From assembly GCA_040326155.1 (NCBI GenBank), contig JBEQLE010000003.1:9725-73724 (forward strand): a DNA stretch of 64,000 bases. Direction: 5' to 3'. The notes below the pieces were generated by a model. The model saw nothing but the letters and a program-made list of their open reading frames with translations. It did no database searches and was not told the origin of the DNA. Position 1 is the first letter of the stretch, and every line of letters begins with the position of its first letter. This DNA is from Leptospirales bacterium (GTDB lineage Bacteria; Spirochaetota; Leptospiria; Turneriellales; JAOUFE01). A program made the translations under genes and the position numbers. Of this stretch, positions 27,202 through 35,814 are shown one piece after another.

Positions 27202-28575
27202 ATGATCAATATAGTTTTATGCGGGGGCAGCGGTACAAGGTTATGGCCAATTAGTCGTAAGTTGATGCCGAAACAGTTTGTTCCCCTTTTTGAAAATCGC
27301 TCTTTATACCAGCTCACCCTGGAACGAAACCGAAACATTTGTGATGCAACGATTATTGTCTCTAACGAAGATCAATATTTTCTGGCTTCGGACCAGAAAG
27401 ATGAATTGAAAGTTCCGAATACCCAATTTCTTCTGGAGCCATTTGGTAAAAACACGGCTCCGGCTATTGCCCTGGCTTGTCTGCAACTCAAAAAAGATGA
27501 TATTATACTGGTTACCCCTTCAGACCATATCGTTAAAAAAAACACAGCGTATGCGGAAGCCATAAACCGGGCCGGTGAACTTGCCCGCGAAGGCGCTCTG
27601 GTTACGTTTGGAATTAAACCGGAAACTCCCGAAACGGGGTTTGGTTATATTCACGCCGATGGCGAAAATGTTTTATCGTTTAAAGAAAAGCCCGACCTGG
27701 ATACGGCAAAAAAATATCTGGAGCAGGGAAATTACTATTGGAACAGCGGAATGTTTTGTTTTCTTGCGTCATCTTATTTGAAAGAGCTGAAAAAACAAAA
27801 TCCTGAAATGCACGATGCGTGTGAACAAGCGGTAAAATCTGGCGTGGTCACCGAAAATACCTTACGTATTACTGCGGAAGCAATGGAAAAAATTCCCGAT
27901 GACAGCATCGATTATGCCGTAATGGAAAAATGTAAAAACGTAAAAGTTGTTCCTTCAGATGTTGGCTGGTCCGACGTGGGTAGTTTTGACAGTCTGTATT
28001 ACGAGCTTCCCAACGATGAAGATGGTAATACGATCTGCCATAACCATATTAACATTGATTCCTCGAATAATATGATCGTAGGCAATGAACGGTTGATTGC
28101 AACGATAGATGTACACGATCTGCATATTATTGATACCACCGACGCTCTGCTCATTGCACGAAGGGGCAGCGGTCAAAGAGTAAAAGAGATTGTCGGTAAG
28201 CTGAAAGAGTCGGGTTCCGACCTTCCCGATTTACATGTAACAGCTCATCGTCCCTGGGGTACATATACTATTCTGGAAGAGGGACCCGGCTATAAAATAA
28301 AAACAATCGTTGTAAAACCGCGAAAACGCCTGAGTTTGCAAAAGCACTTTCACAGAAATGAACATTGGGTTGTTGTCTCCGGTACCGCTTTAGTTACTGT
28401 CGGTGAAGATGAAAAAATTGTGCGACAGAATGAATCGATCTATATTTCTATGGGAACAAAACACCGCCTGGATAACCCCGGTAAAGTCGATCTCGTATTG
28501 ATTGAAGCGCAGGTTGGCGAATACCTGGGAGAGGACGATATTGTCAGACTTGAAGATGACTTTAACCGTTCTTAA
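27202..28575 (+). CDS. manC: mannose-1-phosphate guanylyltransferase / mannose-6-phosphate isomerase
   Basis: LCGGSGTRLWPISR nucleotidyltransferase motif. C-terminal cupin with HRNEHWVVVSG and GTKHRLDNPG. Confidence 0.9.
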   Translation: MINIVLCGGSGTRLWPISRKLMPKQFVPLFENRSLYQLTLERNRNICDATIIVSNEDQYFLASDQKDELKVPNTQFLLEPFGKNTAPAIALACLQLKKDDIILVTPSDHIVKKNTAYAEAINRAGELAREGALVTFGIKPETPETGFGYIHADGENVLSFKEKPDLDTAKKYLEQGNYYWNSGMFCFLASSYLKELKKQNPEMHDACEQAVKSGVVTENTLRITAEAMEKIPDDSIDYAVMEKCKNVKVVPSDVGWSDVGSFDSLYYELPNDEDGNTICHNHINIDSSNNMIVGNERLIATIDVHDLHIIDTTDALLIARRGSGQRVKEIVGKLKESGSDLPDLHVTAHRPWGTYTILEEGPGYKIKTIVVKPRKRLSLQKHFHRNEHWVVVSGTALVTVGEDEKIVRQNESIYISMGTKHRLDNPGKVDLVLIEAQVGEYLGEDDIVRLEDDFNRS

Positions 28576-28654
28576 AAACAGTGATGAAAAAACAATTTAC
28601 AATAGAAAGGCAAAAGATTAGCCGTAATAATCTTAATTTTCGTATATTGTAACA

Positions 28655-30595
28655 ATGCCAGCACCAAATGAAATAATAAAAGTGGAAAATACCGTATATT
28701 TAATCGGTAATCCTAATGTTGGTAAATCGGTTATTTTTTCCGCGCTTACGAAAAAGTATGCCACGGTATCGAATTACCCCGGAACAACGGTTGAAGTTAC
28801 GAAGGGGTTAATACCCGGTAACTTACTAAAAAAACAAAAAATAGAACTCGTTGATACTCCTGGTGTAAATAACCTCGTTCCGTTAAGTGAGGACGAACGT
28901 GTTACCAGAGATATATTATATAATCATGAAAAAGCCACTGGTAAAAAACCCAGAGTCGTTCTTGTTATAGATGCCAAAAACCTCAGGCGAGGTCTGATAC
29001 TGGCTTACCAACTGGCCTATTCCGACATTCCCTATTTTGTCGTACTGAACATGATGGACGAGGCAAACTCACTTGGCATAAACATCGACCGTAAATTGCT
29101 TCAGAAAAAACTTGGAGTTCCTGTTATACCTGCTATTGCCATTCAAAAAGAGGGCATTCACGAAATAAATCAATTAATACACGAAACGTTTCAAACATCC
29201 TCCGCTACGCTCTCTTTTCCAGCGGAGCACCAGAATGCTATTGAATCGATGATTGCTACAGTACACCCGTTGTTATCGTTGTCGGTGTTCTATTCAGATA
29301 CAACGGTTCGCGACATGCTCAAAGTCGCACAAGTAGAAGAGGCGGAGAAAATTTTAGCCAAATCTACTTTGAACCATAAAAGATTTCAAATTATATGGGT
29401 GGAACACGCGAACAATTTAATGTCCGAAGTTTACCAGCGGGAGATCGCTTCCCAAAGCGGGTTTTTAAACTTTCTCGGCCATTTGTCAATAAGGCCGTTG
29501 ACGGGTTCTTTTTTACTGCTGGGTGTTTTATATCTGATTTATCAATTTGTCGGTTTTCTGGGAGCTCAGGTAGGCGTAGATTTTCTCGAGAAAACTCTTT
29601 TTGCTGATTATATAAATCCATTTTTTATTTCTGTGTTTACATATATATCTCCGCCCGATCTGATTTTCGACCTTTTTGTTGGTAAGTATGGACTCTTAAC
29701 AATGGGGGTCACCTACGCCGTTGCTATTATTTTACCGATTGTCATTACATTTTTTATTGCTTTTAGTTTTCTGGAAGATTCTGGCTATTTACCGCGAATG
29801 GGGGCTCTGTTAAACACAATGTTTAAGTACATGGGTTTAAACGGTAAAGCTGTTTTGCCTATGGTGCTCGGCCTGGGTTGTGATACTATGGCAACCATGA
29901 CAGCGCGTGTTCTCGACAATCGAAAAGAGCGAGTTCTTGTGACATTATTATTGGCGCTTGGCGTCCCTTGTTCCGCCCAGTTAGGGGTAATGTTTGCCTT
30001 CGGGGTTCACCTGAGTTTCGGTTATGTATTGGCCTGGGCGCTTATTGTTTTTTCGATATTGGTCATTGTGGGTTTCACCGCTTCAAAGCTTATGCCGGGC
30101 CGTACGTCCATGTTTTTGATGGAACTTCCCCCGCTTCGGCTTCCCCAGGCTATAAACATTTTTCGTAAAACTTACATGCGGTCAAAATGGTATATTAAAG
30201 AAGCAGTACCAATTTTTATTCTCGGTACTTTTTTACTGTTTCTGCTCGATACATTACAAATTCTTCCGCTATTAAACGAATGGTTAAAGCCAATTACCGT
30301 TCATGCCCTGGGTTTGCCGGCGGAATCGGCGAAAGGGTTTATTCTGGGGTTTTTACGACGTGATTTTGGCGCCGCAGGTTTTCTGGTCATGATGGAAGAT
30401 GGCTTGTTGAATTCTCGCCAGGCTCTTGTTTCACTTGTCGTTATTACACTTTTTGTTCCTTGTGTGGCTAACCTGCTCATGATGATTAAAGAAAGAGGGT
30501 TTAAAACAGCAATGGCAATTGTATTTTTTATTATTCCCTTTTCCTTTTTAATCGGTACTATATTAAACTATACACTTCGTTTATTTTCATTGTAG
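28655..30595 (+). CDS. feoB: ferrous iron transporter FeoB
   Basis: G-domain motifs GNPNVGKS, DTPG and NMMD, followed by a polytopic membrane domain. No feoA is visible. Confidence 0.9.
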   Translation: MPAPNEIIKVENTVYLIGNPNVGKSVIFSALTKKYATVSNYPGTTVEVTKGLIPGNLLKKQKIELVDTPGVNNLVPLSEDERVTRDILYNHEKATGKKPRVVLVIDAKNLRRGLILAYQLAYSDIPYFVVLNMMDEANSLGINIDRKLLQKKLGVPVIPAIAIQKEGIHEINQLIHETFQTSSATLSFPAEHQNAIESMIATVHPLLSLSVFYSDTTVRDMLKVAQVEEAEKILAKSTLNHKRFQIIWVEHANNLMSEVYQREIASQSGFLNFLGHLSIRPLTGSFLLLGVLYLIYQFVGFLGAQVGVDFLEKTLFADYINPFFISVFTYISPPDLIFDLFVGKYGLLTMGVTYAVAIILPIVITFFIAFSFLEDSGYLPRMGALLNTMFKYMGLNGKAVLPMVLGLGCDTMATMTARVLDNRKERVLVTLLLALGVPCSAQLGVMFAFGVHLSFGYVLAWALIVFSILVIVGFTASKLMPGRTSMFLMELPPLRLPQAINIFRKTYMRSKWYIKEAVPIFILGTFLLFLLDTLQILPLLNEWLKPITVHALGLPAESAKGFILGFLRRDFGAAGFLVMMEDGLLNSRQALVSLVVITLFVPCVANLLMMIKERGFKTAMAIVFFIIPFSFLIGTILNYTLRLFSL

Positions 30596-30622
30596 ACGAA
30601 TTTTTACTCAAATTTTTCTTAT

Positions 30623-31645
30623 ATGAGTCGATACGAGAGCATGGCAAAAGGCGCATCCACAAATTCAGAAATAAAAAACGATGTAAAAAAAATGACGCAC
30701 GCGTTTAAGGCTATTTCAAAGTTTTCAGGACTTTATGGATGGGTCTATTTTTTAATTGTTCTTATAGGCACATTAACCATGGGTGGAATTTTCGGTTACA
30801 CTCTTTACACAGAAGTACGATTGCTCGATCGTGATTTTCGACAATCAGGTAGAGCGATTGCCTTGTCTCTGGGTGAGAATTCAAAAATAAGCATAGAAAC
30901 TAAAAAATACGCTCCTTTAATATTAATTTTTGATCATTTACTCGAAGAGCAAAAACAAAACGATAGTATACCCTTAATTGAAGAGGTGTTTTTATTAAGC
31001 CGTAAGGGAGTAGTGCTGGCTCATCCGGACCCGACTTTGGTTACGGTTCATGCAAAAAGCATCGTCAGTAAAATATCGGGCCATTATAATAACGAATTTT
31101 TTCATAACTCTGTTATGCTCTCACCGGGTGATGTGTATGTGCAACCTTACCCAAGCGAAAAATATGACAGGGGGGGTAAAATACTGCATCTATTGAAGGC
31201 TGTTTTGCCCGAATTTTATTTTCGCGCTGTAGATTTTTCAACACCGATTCATATTAAAAGAAAGGCAGAGGGAAGTCTGCATGTTGTTATGTCACGGCGA
31301 AATATAGATAAATTTCTATTCGAAAAATTAGAAGCTTTTGGCATAGCCTGGCTCGGTTTAATCTCGGGAGCTGCCCTGTTTTTAGTGTTCATACGAATTC
31401 CAATACAAAAAAAATGGAAACAAATTCAAGGCCTTCTTATAATTCTTAAGGCAGAAACAGACCAAGTCAGGTTTCAAGAAGAAATGCTATATATTGATAA
31501 AAGAATCGAAGAATTAAAAGTGGCTGCCATTGCTCCGAATGAGTCAAAGTCGGAAGGAACCGAACCGAGTAAAAGGTCGGGCGATATTCTGGAGCCTATT
31601 GATTTTGATAATGTCCAGGATGCTATTTTAATTGAGGAAAACTAA
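30623..31645 (+). CDS. membrane protein with a Cache/PDC-like extracytoplasmic domain and a short coiled-coil tail, but no output domain
   Basis: Two TM segments (about aa 38-60 and 240-258) flank a ~175-aa domain containing EEVFLLSRKGVVLAHPDP. The C-terminal ~80 aa are charged or coiled. Confidence 0.6.
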   Translation: MSRYESMAKGASTNSEIKNDVKKMTHAFKAISKFSGLYGWVYFLIVLIGTLTMGGIFGYTLYTEVRLLDRDFRQSGRAIALSLGENSKISIETKKYAPLILIFDHLLEEQKQNDSIPLIEEVFLLSRKGVVLAHPDPTLVTVHAKSIVSKISGHYNNEFFHNSVMLSPGDVYVQPYPSEKYDRGGKILHLLKAVLPEFYFRAVDFSTPIHIKRKAEGSLHVVMSRRNIDKFLFEKLEAFGIAWLGLISGAALFLVFIRIPIQKKWKQIQGLLIILKAETDQVRFQEEMLYIDKRIEELKVAAIAPNESKSEGTEPSKRSGDILEPIDFDNVQDAILIEEN

Positions 31646-32478
31646 TGCTTGAATTAAAAACTTCCGTACAAAGTAATATTTTCGACATCGAACTCTCCGG
31701 CGCACTAGATAGCCAGAGTGCATACGATTTTAAATCGTGGATGATTCAAAAAAATCTCGAAGGGTATCGTGTAATTTCGTTAAATTGCCACGGCTTAGAG
31801 TATATATCCTCTCGGGGTATTGGTTCTCTGGTCGATATTCACCGGGTGTTTCATTCCAAGCAATCGGTGCTGGTTTTATACCATGTGAGTAATGAAGTTT
31901 TGCAACTTCTGGAGTTTTTGAAACTAACAAGCGAGATTGTTATTCTTGCCGACTTTAAATCTGTTTCCGATTCTTATGCCGATATTGCCCGTGAAGCCAC
32001 ACCAGAAGAACCACCTCCGGCACCTGCACAGACAAAAGTACCTGAAGAACCCAAAGACAGTGTTTCGCAAGAAAAATCGACACCGGAGGAACAAACCTCC
32101 GCTCCTGTTGACGAGAATGTGGAAGAAGTTATAGAGCTTGATATTGAAGAGACGCCACTTGCAGTTCCAGCGTCATCGCCAGAACCAGTCAGTACAGAAA
32201 TCGTAAAAGAGACGGTGGTTGAAAACACCACATCAGCGCCAGCGGCTATTCAAGACGCCCCTGTGCCACACGCAGAACCTGCGCCACAGGCTGTCGAAGA
32301 ACAAGATGAGTATATTAATTTAACAGAAACCGCTTCAGAGAGTGTACAATCTCACCCTACTGAATTTACGCCGATGTATGTGTATTGTCCCAATTGTCGC
32401 CAAAGTTTGCGAATTAAGAAAGCCGGACAATATTTATGCCCGGAATGCAGAACCAAATTTCGATACCCTTTTGACTAA
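31645..32478 (+). CDS. STAS-domain protein (anti-sigma-antagonist fold) with a P/E-rich linker and a C-terminal zinc ribbon
   Basis: The ATG overlaps the upstream stop (TAATG). STAS core has LEYISSRGIGSLV. The acidic, proline-rich stretch is low-complexity. CPNC-x13-CPEC at the C-terminus. Confidence 0.7.
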   Translation: MLELKTSVQSNIFDIELSGALDSQSAYDFKSWMIQKNLEGYRVISLNCHGLEYISSRGIGSLVDIHRVFHSKQSVLVLYHVSNEVLQLLEFLKLTSEIVILADFKSVSDSYADIAREATPEEPPPAPAQTKVPEEPKDSVSQEKSTPEEQTSAPVDENVEEVIELDIEETPLAVPASSPEPVSTEIVKETVVENTTSAPAAIQDAPVPHAEPAPQAVEEQDEYINLTETASESVQSHPTEFTPMYVYCPNCRQSLRIKKAGQYLCPECRTKFRYPFD

Positions 32479-32485
32479 TTATGTT

Positions 32486-32767
32486 TTACTTTTTTTTTTC
32501 AGGGATAACTTCAATTTTTTGCTTTAAAGACCATTTTCGATATGGCGCTAACGCTTCAATTCGTGCATGAGAAATAAAGTAGACATTTTCTCCATATTGA
32601 ACCAACGCCCCTTCATACGTAGCATGCTTACCTTTAAATTCTATCCACCCGATCTCTTTTACCGCTGTCCAATTATCACAGGTTTTTAAACTGGGAACTT
32701 TATATAAGTATAATTCGCGTATCTTGAACTCATCAAGACCGCCTCTTCTAAGGGTTTGTATGTCCAT
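32486..32767 (-). CDS. hypothetical protein (93 aa)
   Basis: ATG-initiated ORF convergent with the STAS gene. No motif recognised. Confidence 0.45.
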   Translation of the reverse strand: MDIQTLRRGGLDEFKIRELYLYKVPSLKTCDNWTAVKEIGWIEFKGKHATYEGALVQYGENVYFISHARIEALAPYRKWSLKQKIEVIPEKKK

Positions 32768-32844
32768 ATTCCTATTCTATACTTTATTTCTTATAGTCAA
32801 GTCTTTTGTGTATCCATTCGGGATTAGTTCGCCATCTAGTTAAT

Positions 32845-32919
32845 CAGCAATTCTCACCCGCTTTTTTGTCGGGATGGACAATGACGGCCTGTATAATCTG
32901 GTAATGCCATATGGGCATT
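32845..32919 (+). repeat. copy 1 of a ~75-bp upstream element shared by two lipoprotein genes
   Basis: 66 of 75 positions are identical to 34226-34300 in my manual alignment. Contains TGTATAAT (extended -10-like). Confidence 0.7.
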
Positions 32920-33082
32920 ATCAAAAAATGCTTGAGTATATAAAAATCTAGAATTCTTAGTGAGAATTACTGGACACATTATGAGAATTTTTTGATAATT
33001 CGTTGACCTGAGATGAGTGAAGCATGTAATGCAATTAAAAACTTCCGAATGAGTGGTGTAATATTTGGGAAGAGGAGCAGTT

Positions 33083-34180
33083 ATGAGGAACAGAGTTACT
33101 AAAAGATTTTTATCAACGGCATTCATATTATCCATGTTCGGCCTATCTGCATGCGGTGGTGGGGGCGGCGATGTTATTGATATTGTGGATGTTGCCATGA
33201 CATGGCAAACAGAAGTTTCCGTAGACACAGGCGGGGTAGTGGGTGATTACACATCCATAGCTGTGGCTTCTTCCGGTAAACTTCATGTCAGCTACCGCGA
33301 TCTTACAAATGGAAACCTTAAATATGCCACTAACAGTTCCGGCGATTGGGTTACTACAATTGCAGACACAGGCGGGGTAGTGGGAATGTACACATCTATA
33401 GCTATTGATTCTTCCGGTAAAATTCATATCAGCTATCTCGATTCTACGAACTCAAACCTTATGTATGCCACTAACGCCTCTGGTGCATGGGTAGCTGAAA
33501 CGGTGGACGGAACAGGGAGTATGGGTACATACACATCTATAGCTATTGACTCTACTGACAAGGTTCATATCAGCCATATTGATACTGCCGGAACACTCCG
33601 TTATGCTTCAGGCACTGCTGGCGCATGGACTCTTGAAGATGTAGATGCAACAACATCTGTTGATAAATGGACTTCTATAGCTATTGACTCTACTGACAAG
33701 GTCCATATCAGTTACTACGATACTACCAATACAGCCCTCAAGTATGCCACAGGCAATGCAGGCGCATTTACTCTTGCTACCGTAGAAGCAGGGACTGTTG
33801 GTGAATACACTGCTATAGCGGTTGATTCTGCTGACAAGATCCATATCAGTTACCACGATGGTGCCAATACATCCCTAAAGTATGCTACCAACGAATCTGG
33901 TGGATGGGTAGCTGAAACGGTGGAGAACTCTGCTAATGTTGGTTGGCACACATCTATAGCTATGGATTCTACTGACACTGCCCATATCAGCTATGTCGAT
34001 GCTTCAAACGGAAACCTTCTGTATGCTACAGGCAATGCCGGTGCATGGACTTTTGGCACCATCTTGGCCACAACATCATCTGGTAACTGGAATTCTATAG
34101 CTATTGGCAGTTATAATAGCGTTCATATCAGCTACCAAGGTTTTGCCTCTAAAGACCTTATGGTAATTAGCTACGAATAA
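33083..34180 (+). CDS. lipoprotein with seven ~46-aa repeats (predicted 7-bladed beta-propeller)
   Basis: SD GAGGAG followed by ATG 33083. Lipobox FGLSAC. Seven repeats of the form YTSIAIDS.GK.HISY.D..N..L.YAT...G.W. Confidence 0.8.
   Translation: MRNRVTKRFLSTAFILSMFGLSACGGGGGDVIDIVDVAMTWQTEVSVDTGGVVGDYTSIAVASSGKLHVSYRDLTNGNLKYATNSSGDWVTTIADTGGVVGMYTSIAIDSSGKIHISYLDSTNSNLMYATNASGAWVAETVDGTGSMGTYTSIAIDSTDKVHISHIDTAGTLRYASGTAGAWTLEDVDATTSVDKWTSIAIDSTDKVHISYYDTTNTALKYATGNAGAFTLATVEAGTVGEYTAIAVDSADKIHISYHDGANTSLKYATNESGGWVAETVENSANVGWHTSIAMDSTDTAHISYVDASNGNLLYATGNAGAWTFGTILATTSSGNWNSIAIGSYNSVHISYQGFASKDLMVISYE
33230..34177 (+). repeat. in-frame tandem coding repeats (period ~138 nt) inside the propeller lipoprotein gene
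   Basis: An identical 29-mer, tctatagctattgactctactgacaaggt, occurs at 33536-33564 and 33674-33702. The protein repeats seven times. Confidence 0.8.
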
Positions 34181-34225
34181 ATTTAAGGCAATATGGTGTA
34201 CCTACGCACTTGCAACCTTGTTGGT

Positions 34226-34300
34226 CAGAAATTCTCACCCGTTTTTTTGTCGGGATGGACAATGACGGTCTGTAGAATCTTGAGTTGCCATATGGGAATT
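34226..34300 (+). repeat. copy 2 of the ~75-bp upstream element
   Basis: See copy 1. Here the -10-like box reads TGTAGAAT. Lies 72 nt upstream of the 34372 lipoprotein gene. Confidence 0.7.
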
Positions 34301-34371
34301 TGAATAGTGGTTGACATACGGTTAAAAACTTCATTGATACTAATGAAGTAATTTTTTTTGAGGAGGAGCTA

Positions 34372-35130
34372 ATGAAACGCTCACTAAGTTTATTAATTAT
34401 ATTTTCACTTGTCTCACTGGTTGCGTGTGGTGAAAAAAAACCGATTACCCCGGTTGACACCGTAATAGGCAATAAATATGCAAAATACAGAGTTTCCATT
34501 CGGAAAGCGGCCGATTTAAAAGACTGGCTGGCAACATTGGAAAAAGCCGAAGAAGTAGAACTATTGGAAGAGTTTGAACAGCTCAATGCCAAAAAGGATA
34601 CGATTACAATTGCAAAAGTTCGTTTGGCCGATGACCAGATTGGTTATGTTGAATCTCGATACCTTGCAAATGATCCCATAGTTTTTGTAGAAGACACCCG
34701 GGTTTTTAATCGACCCGCCTCTGCAAGTAAGGTGATAGTTACATTACCCAAAGGAACAATCGGTTTTGTTTTAGAAGAAAAAGACGGTTGGACTAAAATT
34801 TATGTCGGTAAATACGATGGAAAGTGGATAACGAAACACTGGGTTGAGTCAGTCTCTTACTCTATCGATGCTCCACTTGTTCTCGATGCCCGAGAGTATG
34901 AAACAGCTCTGGCGCTTTTAGCAGAGAAAAAATACGATGAAGCTCATGAAAAACTGACTGATTTAGCTAACAACGCTTCTTTTTTCAATGAATTGGCTGT
35001 AGAACAATTGGCCGAAATTGAAAGGTTACAAGAAGAAGAAACAGCTGTAAAAGAAGCCGAAGCAGCGAACAAAACCGAAACAGAGTCCGACAACGCCCCT
35101 GGCACTGAAACAAACCCTGCCACTGAATAA
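34372..35130 (+). CDS. lipoprotein with SH3b-like segments and an acidic C-terminal tail
   Basis: SD GAGGAGG. Lipobox SLVAC. IGYVESRYL and GWTKIYVGKYDGKWITKHWVE resemble bacterial SH3 domains. Confidence 0.7.
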   Translation: MKRSLSLLIIFSLVSLVACGEKKPITPVDTVIGNKYAKYRVSIRKAADLKDWLATLEKAEEVELLEEFEQLNAKKDTITIAKVRLADDQIGYVESRYLANDPIVFVEDTRVFNRPASASKVIVTLPKGTIGFVLEEKDGWTKIYVGKYDGKWITKHWVESVSYSIDAPLVLDAREYETALALLAEKKYDEAHEKLTDLANNASFFNELAVEQLAEIERLQEEETAVKEAEAANKTETESDNAPGTETNPATE

Positions 35131-35142
35131 TTTCTCGCAAAC

Positions 35143-35175
35143 ACATCCTGGGAAGTTTCAATCTTTCCAGGATGT
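35143..35175. terminator. 13-bp-stem hairpin between convergent genes
   Basis: ACATCCTGGGAAG / CTTTCCAGGATGT with one mismatch and a 7-nt loop. No strong T-tract on either side. Confidence 0.45.
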
Positions 35176-35193
35176 TCTGTTCAACCATACACT

Positions 35194-35277
35194 TCATATC
35201 CGGGCCGGAAGGCCAATATCATCTGCGATTGCATTGCCAATAGCCCCGCCGACGCCGGTAATAAGAACTCGCTTTAG
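35194..35277 (-). pseudogene. start-less remnant of an NAD(P)-binding Rossmann (extended SDR/epimerase-type) N-terminus
   Basis: The minus frame reads LKRVLITGVGGAIGNAIADDIGLPARI*. This contains TGxxGxxG. No start codon, and a stop after ~27 codons. Confidence 0.35.
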
Positions 35278-35294
35278 ATTAGAACCTATTCGGT

Positions 35295-35774
35295 TTAATG
35301 TTCGTGTTCTTCATCTTCGTCATGTCCTTTTTCTGGCGTGATTCCAGCAGCTTCCAAAGAGTCTTTGATCGTTTGCAGATCCCCTTCTTGCATTTTTGCA
35401 TCAGGATGCAACCACAGGTAATTACCAATCGGCATTTCACCTTCTTCAATTTCTTCCAGAATTTCACCCCAGATTTTTGGCTTTTTCGAATCTTTTACAG
35501 AGTCCCATTTTGAAAAGTTCAAATGCTCGCGAGCTTTGTTTACATGCATGCCGATTAAAAACGAGAAAACGGGCACGCGGGAATACCAGGGGTAAACCGT
35601 TTCGTGGCTATGGCAATCGTAGCAAGAACGCTTCAAAATCTTGTCCGTCGCTTCGTCTAAAATCACACCGGTATATTTTTGCTCGGGATTCGTTCGTGAA
35701 ATAACCATCTCCCCGATTGTATAGGTTACGATAAGGAACCCAAGAACAGTTTTCAATATTAAGTTTTTTTTCAT
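35295..35774 (-). CDS. haem-binding-domain protein (CxxCH)
   Basis: SD AAGGA followed by ATG 35774 (MKKNLILK). N-terminal TM. CYDCH haem c motif. His/acidic tail. Confidence 0.7.
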   Translation of the reverse strand: MKKNLILKTVLGFLIVTYTIGEMVISRTNPEQKYTGVILDEATDKILKRSCYDCHSHETVYPWYSRVPVFSFLIGMHVNKAREHLNFSKWDSVKDSKKPKIWGEILEEIEEGEMPIGNYLWLHPDAKMQEGDLQTIKDSLEAAGITPEKGHDEDEEHEH

Positions 35775-35814
35775 TTTATTTCCTTTATTTTCAAAGTAAT
35801 TTATATACTTTTCT

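Noticed and set aside
28576-28654. A possible Fur box upstream of feoB (GTAATAATCTTAATTTT).
   Set aside because: It matches the 19-bp Fur consensus GATAATGATAATCATTATC only loosely when aligned by eye. That is insufficient for a call without a position weight matrix scan.
32854-33228. A 124-aa minus-strand ORF covering the intergenic repeat and the 5' end of the propeller lipoprotein gene.
   Set aside because: It runs antisense across a promoter or leader region and the well-supported lipoprotein start. Its composition is low-complexity (PPPPP) and it has no SD. The antisense ORF at 34167-34592 was rejected for similar reasons.
33230-34177. Regularly spaced ~138-nt DNA repeats that could at first look like a repeat array or CRISPR.
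   Set aside because: The repeats are in-frame units of a single long ORF (protein blades). There are no short invariant repeats separated by unique spacers, and no cas genes anywhere in the window.
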